DNA from: Octopus sinensis
Taxonomy: Eukaryota
Assembly (NCBI RefSeq): GCF_006345805.1
Contig: NC_042999.1
Location: 90,210,001 to 90,274,000, forward strand
DNA: 64,000 nucleotides
Reading direction: 5' to 3'
In this document: piece by piece, positions 10,724 through 21,239 of the stretch
How the letters are laid out: each line of letters starts with the position of its first letter
Position numbering within the stretch: position 1 is the first letter of the stretch
The notes under the pieces: model-generated
What the model saw: the letters and a program-made list of their open reading frames with translations, nothing else
Told to the model about the DNA's origin: nothing
Database searches by the model: none
Program-made: the position numbers and the translations under genes

Positions 10724-10949
10724 TGGCATCCGCTTCTTCGGGGAATGATCTCCCTTTGCAGGATAGAGGACACTGTGAAGGTGTCAGCCTATCTGGTGAC
10801 GTTGATGATCGCCTGGGGCTAAATGCATCAGTAACACCCCCACCGCCCTGCCCTGTCCCTAGCCACATTCAAATGGCTAATGTCCCTTTTAATATATATA
10901 TATTCATATATATATTCCATGCTGACATGAGCTGAACAGTTTGACAGGA

Positions 10950-11940
10950 TCCAACACATCAGAGGACTACATCAAGCTCAAAATAACAAACACTTTACAA
11001 AGTGTGCTGGGTGCTTTATTTTATGGCCTTAGCTCTACTGAGGTCACCCACTTAATTGCAAGACAAAGAAAAAAGTTTCTTGACTTAGTGGAAGTAGAGG
11101 GAGGTGGCTTTATGCCAAGTGTTGAGAAGCTAATGTATGATAATGTGACAAGAATGTGTCTGGCTGTAGAAGAGTTACATGATTACTCTATATAACTGTG
11201 GGTGGGAGTAACTGGAGAGATAAAGATGGTGGTGACTAGGTATTGGAGCTTATCCAGGCAGTACTAGAAGGTTGGTATAAGAGAGAATATGACAAGAGGA
11301 TTGGGAAGCATGGGTAGATAGTGCTTAAGAATATGTGGAAAAGGTGATATGAAGGTAGAGGTGTATGTAGTGAAAATGTGATTGATGGTAAATAGCCATT
11401 TGAGAGAGAAGCTGCAAGAAGTAAGAGTGGCTCAGGGAGGAGGAAATGGTGACAATACAGAAAGTGTGGAGAGTAGCAGTATAAAACTGCAGATGGATGA
11501 GAAATAGGGTGGGGTGGGGATAAGAAAGACATAGTGAAGAGATGAGATCAGAAATATGTAGGGGTAGATATAGTGAGTGGAGAACGAAGGTGGAGGGAGC
11601 ATCTATGGCAGATTTGAGTGGGTGATAAGGATGAGGTACAAAAGTCATAAAATGTAATTCAGGAGAAAGGGAGATATGATACTGAGAATAACGAATCAAT
11701 GCCAAAAGGAAGTGGTTCCAAGGATAGGGATAACTGGTAGCACAAAAGGGGGTGAATTATGTGCAGTTCTGCTTTCTTTTGAGTAAAGCAGCAAAATAGT
11801 GCCATAGAAGAATGATAGGGTTAGGAAGATGAGAAGTAGGTGGCCAAGAAGTCTTGACAGGGACAGTGTGTATGGACATGAACATAATGCTTGTAGAATC
11901 TTATTTTCACTATGATGGATAAGTCTTGTCAACCATCTCC
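10950..11940 (-). mobile_element. Heavily decayed Penelope-like element, reverse transcriptase region
   Basis: Minus-strand remnants resembling PLE motifs: 'ESRTAHNSPPFVLP' (RTAxFYxLPKIHK), 'LFTMS..IPTP' (LFTMDVxSLYTxIPH), 'LVTTIFISPVTPTHSYIE*S' (TTxYxKPTDSHxYL). Confidence 0.55.
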
Positions 11941-12330
11941 ATCTTTTTTCATCTCACCTGTGAAGTTTAACATCCTGAGGTCAGTTTTTGCAACTCCATC
12001 TTACATCTTCCAGGTTTCACTCACATTTAGCTATTGGCATTTTATGCAGCTCTCATCAATATGCATCAAATGATCATAACAGCACAGACTTCGCCCTTGT
12101 ATCATTACATTTGATTCCTCTTACGCTGTTTTCTGTCAACTCATTAACACTCTGAAGTACATGCGCCTTAATGTTATCCAACCAACAGAGCATGCTAGTT
12201 TCATTCCTTTCTAGTCTGCCCTCTCTGTTCAGGACCAACATCTCACTAGCATATAACATTGCTGTTCATACAAACTGCTTTTCACTCTGAGACTTTTTTT
12301 TATCAACAGAGGGAATAGCTCTTTGTACTT
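11940..12330 (-). mobile_element. RTE LINE 3' RT fragment
   Basis: Supplied ORF 12074..12259 'MLYASEM...RLERNETSMLCW' matches the RTE C-terminal motif MLYGSETW...LERNExSMLRW. Confidence 0.7.
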
Positions 12331-12452
12331 ACATCATCCTATTCTTATTCTAGCAACAATACTTTCAGAATATTCTCCTCCTCTGCCAATTTTGTCACCT
12401 AGGTAACAAAAATGATCTAATCCCTTGAGCAATCCTTCTAGGTATTTGAGTA

Positions 12453-12487
<35 letters not shown>

Positions 12488-13098
12488 TCCCAGGTGCATT
12501 TATGTTTTTAATGCTGTTGACACTGCTGAGTTGAACAGTACTGTCCAGGGGATGAAACCATAGTGATTTCTGTCTGGCAGCTGATAATGGGACTGTATAA
12601 TTTGGTATGCTTTGTGAATTTTTTTTTTTACATCTTGGGGTCTCCTTATTCTGAGTTGTCCTTCATTTTCATAAGTTGAAAGTGTTTGTGAATTAATATT
12701 GGCTGATTTATTTCCTAGATAATCTTATTAGGTTTGGATAATGGTTTCTAATTTTGGTAGGTTATGTGGCATATATATTTATATAGTAAAGATTATTTGC
12801 CAACATAATGTGGCAATCCCAGTTGGGATGAATGTTACTGTTATTTGGACCCAGGAAACATCGTCTCTAGCTGACTATACAACACACTGTATCCTTATAT
12901 TTTCAAACAGGGGAGTTTAGCATCCCCACTTAACACAAAGCAATATCTGTGGACTGTAGTTTCTAGGTTATTTCCCTTCTTCAGCACAGAATAACTGCTC
13001 GGCTAGAGATGGCACTGCTAAATTCCTGTTCAAAAATATAATTTTCAAAGTGATGCACAGTCACTGATCTAATAACTAGATAAATGATAAATAAATAA

Positions 13099-13815
13099 AC
13101 ATTATTATTTCTAAATCTCTCAACGAGACATTCAGTAACAGTACTCTAAAGTAAAGATTATTTGCCAACATAATGTGGTAGTCCCAGTTGGGATGAATGT
13201 TACTGTTATTTAGCCCCAAGAAATATCGTTTCCAGTTGGCTATAGAACATACTATCAGTGATCTTGTATTTTCAAACAGGGGAGTTTAGCATCCCTACTC
13301 AACACAAAGCAATATCTGTGGACCGTGGTTTCTGGGTTATTTCTCTTCCTCGGCACAGAATAACTGCTTGGCTGGAGATGGTGCTGCTTAACTTCAGGAC
13401 TGATACATTATGTTGGCAATGGATCTTTACTGAGTGTCTCTTGTTGAGAAATTTAGAAATAATAATGCTTCTATTTATTAGATCAGTGACTGTGTGTCAC
13501 TTTGAAAACTATATATATTTTTGAACAAGAGCTTAACAGCACCATCTTTGGCTGAACAGTTATTCTGTGCTGAGGAAGGGAAATGACTCAGAAACCGCAG
13601 CCCATAGGTATAGCTTTGTACTGATGCTAAACACCCGTTTGAAAATATAAAGGACACAGATAGTGTCGTATAGCCTCAGGAGAAGATGTTTCCCAGGGCT
13701 AAATAGCAGTAGCATTTGTCCCAACCAGGACTGCCACATTATGTTGGCAAATAATCTTTACTTTAGAGTACTGTTACTTAATGTCTCTCATTGAAAGATT
13801 TAGAAATAATAATGT
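13099..13815. mobile_element. MITE/foldback element with ~85-bp TIRs; partial upstream copy at ~12786-13030
   Basis: 13099-13183 is the reverse complement of ~13729-13815 ('attatttctaaatct...agtaacagtactctaaagtaaagattatttgccaacataatgtgg'); the internal part is duplicated at 12786-13030. Confidence 0.7.
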
Positions 13816-13826
13816 TCCTATTTACT

Positions 13827-14630
13827 TCATCATTTAACATCCGTTTTCCATGCTAGCATGGGTTGGATGGTTCGACTGGGGTCTGGGAAGCCAGGAGGCT
13901 GCACCAGGCTGATCTGTCAGTGTTTCTACAGCTATATGCCCTTCCTAATGCCAACCACTCCGTGAGTGTAGTGGCTGCTTTTTATGTGTCACAGGCAAGG
14001 GGGCGGGCAGAGAAAGCTGACTACAGCCATGATCGGTTGGTGCTTTTTACGTGCCACCAGCATGGAAGCCAGTCAAGTCAGCACTGGCATCAACCACATT
14101 TGGATGGTGCTTTTTACATGCCACTGGTACAGGTATTACAACTAAAATTTCCATTTGATTTTGAATCTGATGTTGATGTACTTCACTCAAGAGGTCTCCT
14201 CAAGCACAGCAGCTCGTCCTACAATCCAAAGTAAGCACAGCAGGTCGTCCTACAATCAAAGGTACTTTGAATGGGCTGAGGTTGGTTATGTAAAGCTGGT
14301 GGATACGCCATAGACTCACTTTATTTGTTGGGTCTTTGTAGTCACAGCCTATCTCCAGAGGTCTCGGTCTTTTGTCATTGCCTCTGTGAGGCCCAACATT
14401 CAAAGGTCATGCTTGACCACCTCATCCCACGTCTTCCTGGGTCTACCTTTATCATGGATTCTTTCAACTGTTTGGGAGTGGCACTTCTTCACACATCTCT
14501 CCTTATCCATCTGTAATACATGACCATACCAGCGCAAACGTCTCTTGCACGCCACATCCAATGCTTCTTATGTCCAAAATTTCTCTCAGGATGCTTACAA
14601 TCCGTCGTGTGTGCATACTGACATTACACA
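13827..14630 (-). mobile_element. RTE LINE 3' end (RT C-terminus, 3' UTR and tail)
   Basis: Reverse complement of the 58708-59543 family, including 'GRPRKTWD'-type sequence near 14420-14440. Confidence 0.85.
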
Positions 14631-15329
14631 TACTTATATAAATGTTTTGTTTTCATTGCCAGAATATTTGTGAATATGTATTTGGATAACATCTATTTTA
14701 ATGTTCAAATCACTTTGCTGTAGTTTCTCTCAGATGCTATGCCAATGAATATTGTCATCATAGTAGTAGTGGCAGTAATGAAGTATACTTGAATTCCTGT
14801 TTGGGTAAATAAATTCTTAAATTCACTGCTAGATGAACCTATGTGGTTAGGGGACTATTTAAGCAAAGACTGACTGAGCAGCTTAGAAAAATTAGTTCCT
14901 TCTATGATTCCCACCTCCACCCTTATTAAAGTCAGACACACATGCATACAAGTGTAAAAGAACTATGCATGTAAATGGGTTTACATAAATGTCTACATAA
15001 TAATACCTATAGTTTTATATTTTAGGCACCTCTGTTAGTCTACATATGTCTACAATTACATGAGTTTATATGCTTTTATGCCTAAATGAATGTATTTCAT
15101 ATACACACGTGTGTCACCTACTTTCAATATCACTAGAAGTTAACTGATGCTTTTTGACTGCCCTACCCATACCTGCACCATCCCCTGTTATTTTTGCTGG
15201 GTTTTGCCCCTGAAGACTTTGTGAGGTTGGGGGGAGATTGTGGACATTGAGTAGCATATCCATATTCTTCTTCACAGATGTTGACCACAGTCATTTACAT
15301 GCTCTCACACTCTCCAGAAGTCCATAAAT

Positions 15330-15875
15330 TTAGAACAGTCATGATTAATGTCAGTACTATGAAAGGTAGGTTTGGTGAGATTGTTGAAATTGTTGAGCGG
15401 TGAAATGTGGACTTTTGCTGCATGCAAGAGGTACAGAGACCCTCAACTAGACTACTTATGGGTAAGGAGCACAAATATAAATTCTCCTGGATAGGGAGTA
15501 GTGATGGGGTAGGTAGTGTAGGTATACTTTTGGCAGAGAAGTGGGTAGACAAGGTGATTGAGGTGGTCAGGATAATTGATAGGATTATCAAGTTAAGAAT
15601 AGTCTTGTATAATGTAACAGCAACATTTATCTTTGCATATTCCCTACATGCTGGATTCACTGCTGAACAGGACTGTTTCTATGAATACCTCCTGCAGACT
15701 ACCTCAACAACGAAGTCTGCATGGAAATATCAGCTTTGGCATTAGAATGGAGGAGGGAACAAGGCTTCTGGAATTCTGTGATACAAATGATTTGCTGGTC
15801 TGCAACACAAACTTCAGGAAACCAGCCAGCCATCTAATCACTTATCAGTTTGGTGGGCACTCAAGTCAGACACAG
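15330..15875 (+). pseudogene. RTE LINE APE-endonuclease fragment
   Basis: 'INVSTMKGR..VDFCCMQEV..KFSWIG..GVGSVGILLAEKWVDKVIEVVRIIDRIIKL..FAYS' and 'GTRLLEFCDTNDLLVCNTNFRKP..HLITYQ' are typical RTE endonuclease motifs; stops and frameshifts present. Confidence 0.85.
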
Positions 15876-16550
15876 AAATATACTTTAATACATATAAGTA
15901 CTCCAATCATTACCCAAAATTAAAGATGACTTGGTAGTATGCACCATACTTCCATTAAATGTTTTAGCTGTGTTATCTCAAGCAGACATAGACATCCTCT
16001 TGACCTGTGCAAAACAGCAGAACATCAAGGATGTGACAGCTGGTGTGAAGGAGGGTTGTACCAGCACTGTATTAATTTCATCTCAGTAAAATGGATTAAT
16101 GTGTAATGAAGTGTTATCCTTGAGAGAATACCACACCACTCAGTTAAGAGATTGAACCTATGAACTTATGATTGCAAATCTACTCCTAAACACCAGAAAA
16201 CATTCCTGCCCCCACCCAACCATACACATATAGTTGCAGTCCTGACTGTGTGGTCAAGAAGTTCATCTTGGAACTATTTTGTTAAGAGTTCTGTCCCACT
16301 GTGAAAAGATTCTACACTATAGCCGTGAATTGACCAATATCTTGTGAATGAAATTGAAGAAATTTGTTGTATATACATATGTATATAGGTATGTGTGTTC
16401 TGTGTGTGCTTGTGTGAGTGAGTTTCTCTTTGTCAGTGTTGCTGACTAAAGAAAACAAAAGCCTCACTAACAATACAGGTGTCATATGCTTGCAGTCAAC
16501 TGTGAAAGCAAGTCTGCAATTCTTGGCATGTTGCACAATCTGATTCTGAT

Positions 16551-16646
16551 AATTATCAGTATCAGATGAAAAATGGCAATATTAAAATGGAGAGTTAAAA
16601 CATAAAGCAAGAAATAGAAGGACTTTTGGGAATTTAAGTAACATGT
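16551..16646 (+). repeat. ~96-bp direct repeat, copy 1 (copy 2 at 18057-18152)
   Basis: 'aattatcagtatc(a/t)gatgaaaaat...gaatttaagtaacatgtg' occurs twice at roughly 90% identity. Confidence 0.8.
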
Positions 16647-16879
16647 GCTACTTATGATGATTTGAATAGCATAAAAAAATAGCTGGTTATTTCTAGCAGT
16701 TCAAGCTTGTGAAAATAAAAAAATATCTATGGTAGAGTTGTAATTATGCATAATAATAGTGTATGCTGATGAAAAAGATAAGGAAGGGATGAGTGAGGAG
16801 CAGTTGTTATTCTTACTAAAGTATGTGAACATTAAGTACCTATATGCTATAGATCTTTCCTGCAGTCAGACCTGGACGC

Positions 16880-17450
16880 AACACAGCAATAGATTACTGA
16901 CTGGCAGTGGACCACCATACATTTTGGGAGGAAAATTCAGCTTTTACATACTCCCTCAACAACACCAATCTCAAGTCTGCTAGTGAATATGACCTGGGTA
17001 TTATTATCAACAGTGATTGGCATTGGACAAACCACGTCTCTAAAATTATCAAGAAGGCTGAGGGAGTCTTAGCATCATTGATAAGATCTTTGTCAGCCCC
17101 TCTCCAGCTATCTATTTAAAGCTGTATATAGCTGGAATCTTTATCTTGCTCAGTATATCAATCTTCTGCAAACTGTCAAAAACATGCAATCAGACGATTA
17201 CCTGCTTTCAGGCATTTACCATACACTGAACGTCTTGCTTCCCTGGATAAACTTACAAAATCAAAACATAACACAGCACCCATGACTTTTGGAAACATTT
17301 TTTCATGGACACTACAGCCTTCAAAACTCCCATGTCTCCTGAAATTCGCTTATAGTACATATATGGTTCATGCACTTTTACCTACTTTTTCTTACGATTT
17401 GTAGTGCACCTGAGCACTGAATACAATAAGTTTATTATTATTATTATTAT
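16880..17450 (+). mobile_element. CR1-clade LINE 3' fragment with (ATT)n tail
   Basis: 'EYDLGIIINSDWHWTNHVSKIIKKAEGVL' and 'RHLPYTERLASL' match the CR1 RT C-terminus; ends in an attattatt tail at ~17431-17450. Confidence 0.75.
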
Positions 17451-17766
17451 ACATGTGATCTGATTATTACTTGTAAATAGATTAAATTCCTCTTCAACTG
17501 AAATATTTCTTAATATAAGCAAGCGATCATTTTATAATTTAGTAAGAAAATTAACAACAAAAACAAACAAAAAAAAATTATTCCACTAAAGGTTATATTA
17601 ATTAATGGTTATACAACTGAATTTGAAATCAAATTAGTATTAAACAAGAACATAAAGTAAATTACTGAAAGATTTAAGGCATATTACAGTTGAAGATGAT
17701 TTCAACATTACCCAGTCTTTGATATGTACACAGTAACAACTTCAACAACATGTTTTTTCGATAAGC

Positions 17767-17776
17767 TTTATTTATT
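17767..17776 (-). promoter_or_regulatory. Putative polyadenylation signal (overlapping AATAAA) of the minus-strand gene
   Basis: Two overlapping AATAAA on the minus strand ~810 nt after the stop at 18583, followed by a GU-rich tract. Confidence 0.5.
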
Positions 17777-17958
17777 GACAGATCAAATCAATGGAAAAGA
17801 AATAAAAAAAAAAATATAAAAGGGTGGAAAGAAAGGAAGTAATTTTGCAGCAAAGTCTTATAATAACTAAGAATAGCTGGAATAGTTTCCTTCCAAATAG
17901 TAGAAACCATCAATGAACAACTGAAGTTCTCTGACAATACAGCAAGCTCAGTGAGTGT

Positions 17959-17999
<41 letters not shown>

Positions 18000-18582
18000 T
18001 GACCAGTGGGCAATGATGATTTCATTACTATGAATCAGTAACCAGGCAATTGATGAAATTATCAGTATCTGATGAAAAATTGACAATATTAAAAGGGAGA
18101 GGTAAACATAAAGCAAGAAATAGAGGGACTTTGGGGAATTTAAGTAACATGTGTGCTGTTAGTAGTTACAAAGAAATTCAATTCAATATATATATTTACA
18201 GGTAAGGTACATAAATATACCAAGGAGTGAAAGACAATAAGTATGGTAGACAGTTAAATTAGTAGAAAAAAGACAAAAAAAAAACAACCTAAACAAAAGG
18301 ATTTTGTCAGAAATGATACTGATACTTGGTGGTTAACAGATATAGGAAGTCATCTACTGCTTATGCATAGTCAGTTTGGAATGAACCTTTCATGTATATT
18401 CTGACAACATAAACAAGTAATAAAAAGCTACAGCCAGTTGGAATGTATTTTTAAATAATTACTGTCAATAATGGAAAAGTTGTGGAAACAGTATGTAATG
18501 ATAGCTGTAATGACATGAGTAAAGAGATACTGCTTTGATAGTAGTAGTATATTAGTCACAGCCTTTTTACTGAACAACTCAG

Positions 18583-18623
18583 TCAACACAGCTCTTTATA
18601 TAGTCTTCTGGCGGTTATATCTC
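18583..18623 (-). CDS. Probable terminal coding exon of the minus-strand gene: (G)DITARRLYKELC*
   Basis: C-rich pyrimidine tract then ggttcag|; phase 1 matches the upstream donors at 26426 and 18818; TGA at 18585-18583. Confidence 0.55.
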
Positions 18624-18817
18624 CTGAACCATGTTTAGATGATGAAAGGTGGGTGGGTGGGCAGGCGGGAGGGGAGGTTATGAAGTACATATAAACACAC
18701 ATTTAACACAGCAAACCAACAAAATAAACATTGTAAAAAGATAGGTTAATACCAGTTTCAGTCACTGCATAGGTTAATAGTCAATCTGAAGGTAATTGTG
18801 ATCTTGCTGGCACTTAC

Positions 18818-18838
18818 CTACATTGTTGAATCTACAAA
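18818..18838 (-). CDS. Candidate microexon, 21 nt (V)CRFNNV or 14 nt (D)STM*
   Basis: Perfect donor |gtaagt; tandem acceptors tttccatcag| and tttgtag|; the 21-nt form preserves phase 1. Confidence 0.5.
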   Translation of the reverse strand, partial: FVDSTM

Positions 18839-20039
18839 CTGATGGAAAGTTGAATATTTGTATTTAAGCACAAGTGTAACACATTTTATACAAAATATAT
18901 TAAACATTATCAGTATTATTTCAAAGAAAGCAAGTAGAACTGTATATTCCATCATCATATTAAAAAAAAAAGTTAGTGAGGGAGTTTGGGGTGGAGAAAG
19001 AAATAAAACTTTTGACTCAAGAGTAGACTACTAGCTAAAACAAAATTACTTCCCATGGGAGAAATGCATCAATTTTCATTGTATTTATAGAGAGAGAAGG
19101 AACATAACACAAGTTGAAACATTGGCACTTATAAATACCTCAATACTTGGATTAAGGACAGACCAAAATGCAGCATTCTAGTCAATGGTATAACTTGGGT
19201 ATTAGAGAAGAAAAATTCAATTTCTGGAAACTTTAAAGCCATGCTAGAACTGAATCAAATGAATATTTAAAGGACATACTAAAATATCTGCATAGCCATG
19301 AAGGAAATTTTAGTTAAATATTTACCAATACAATAATCAAGAAATAATATCCTTAAAATAATGTTTTGTTATCTAATTTAGTGCTGTCATGCCTACATGT
19401 GTACAAACGCACACACACACACACATAAACATAGATGAATGAAAAGAGCCCTCTGTACACGAAGCAGATTATACAATTATTGGAAAACAGTTAATTCCAT
19501 AGTTACTCAAAGAGCAAACAAATGCATGAAGTATAGCCCTGTGATGCTTCAGATCATATTGTGGATTAATGCACAATATATATATATGCACATGCACACA
19601 TATGACATTAGTTCAGTTTACTGAACAAAATAAAGGGCTAGAAACATTTAGTGCTGAGTTAAACTGTTTATCGAATATAATCTCTGCCACACTATAATAG
19701 TGTTTTAGATCAGAGTTAGACCTTGACTAGAGGTTAAAAATAAGAGACAAATTAGTTTTCAAATATAGTTAGAAACCAAGATAATGAAGGCTAAAGAGAG
19801 TTAAAGTCTAGTGTATGTAAGTTTATGTTCTTATAGCAGAAATGGAGTAGGTGAACGAAATGATATAATAAATGTAAATTAAATAAAAATGAATATATAT
19901 ATGTGGATATATTCATAGAGAAATATTTGTGGAGATAATACGAAAAACTCAGTTTTTGTGAAATAAAAGAAAAGAAATATTGTTTACTAGCTAAAGGGAA
20001 GTAACTATTATGAACCGTTAGAAACTTGAGTTGTGTTTA

Positions 20040-21230
20040 TTTAAAAAAAATCTTTTGTGACTGGATTGTCAAGTCGCCATTCAGGGAAGTTATTGATGCC
20101 TCTGTTCATGGAAAGAGGGAAGGTTTGGCATAAAGTGTCAAGGTTGACTGTGAATTATGCATGTGAGCAGAATATCAAAGAGTAATGGTTATCATCAGCA
20201 TAGGAGTAAGCATTACTAAAAGTGATGACAAGCAATCTTTAACATAGTAATGTTAATAGATTTGGGGATTAGAGAGACTCACACCCCACCCAGCAACAGC
20301 TTATCAAAGAGAGTCTTATGTCACACAAACGCTTACAAATTGTGATGACGTCTCTGAAGATAAGACCACTGATAAGCGATATAGGAGAATAAGGCCCTAG
20401 ATCTGGTATTATGAAAGATGTATTGTAGTGTAATTAAGACTTCAGTTGTTGAGATCAGAAGTGAGAGTGATAGGCAGATTATTGGTAGGATCTAAGAGTT
20501 TACCTTAAACAGAGGTAGGGCACTGTAATATGCTCCCAAAGAAGCATGTCACATATTCTAGTATAGAAAGAAATATTGAAATGTTCAGCAAGACTCAAGA
20601 ACATTTGTTTGAGAGTAGTAGAAAATGCATGCATTGTGGAGCTGGCAAAATATAGAGCTGCAAATGTGGAAGATTTTTCTGTAAGAGTACTGCTTAAAGA
20701 GGCACCTTGGTTGAAGAGAGGCAGATAGCAGGGTTTTGCAAGATTAGTAAAAAAGAAATAAAAATAACTAGTTGCAATTGGGGATGCTAGCTTTGGGAAT
20801 GCAGTGATGACTAAAACCTATTCAGTGGAATTGAGTGAGTTTCTGCAGACTGGTGGTGTGTGAGTCAGGATTAAGGCTTTGGTTGTGGGAGGGATATGAA
20901 GAGAGATGCTTAGGAGGATGGCTTTGGTTGCTTAGCTGTCTTAGATAGATCAATGGCGAAGCATATTTGCTTTCAGAAATAGAGCAAAACTAGCAGATCT
21001 CTGACCAGTTACTTTGAAGTATTATAGTATTTTAGGGAGTTGGTTTGTTGTAAGAGCAAGTTGATGTATAGCTCATAGCCTTGACTAAACAGATGATTTG
21101 ATAGAAGTATAGAATGGCGACAATTTAGTAAAAGTTAGGTTTGGTGGTGAGAAAGAGATCAATGGCAATTTAAATACCTGTGTGACAGAGATATAAGTGA
21201 TGACATTAACTGTTGAAAAAGTGTTTAAAG
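20040..21230 (-). mobile_element. Decayed Penelope-like element RT region (minus strand)
   Basis: Minus-strand remnants resembling FYxLPKIHKP and SLYTxIPH...TLTLLRLAELVL. Confidence 0.5.
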
Positions 21231-21239
21231 TGGCACCTT

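Larger units (their letters stand above)
10129..10890. mobile_element. Hammerhead-bearing retrozyme / Penelope-like pseudo-LTR insertion: 357-nt unit with 79-nt direct repeats plus a head-to-head inverted copy
   Basis: Direct repeats at 10129-10207 and 10486-10564 (period 357); inverted arms 10178-10504 and 10564-10890 (327 bp, 4 mismatches); CpG-rich against an AT-rich background; one hammerhead per copy. Confidence 0.8.

Noticed and set aside
10941-11195. + strand ORF MTGSNTSEDYIK...
   Set aside because: Antisense shadow of the minus-strand PLE RT remnant.
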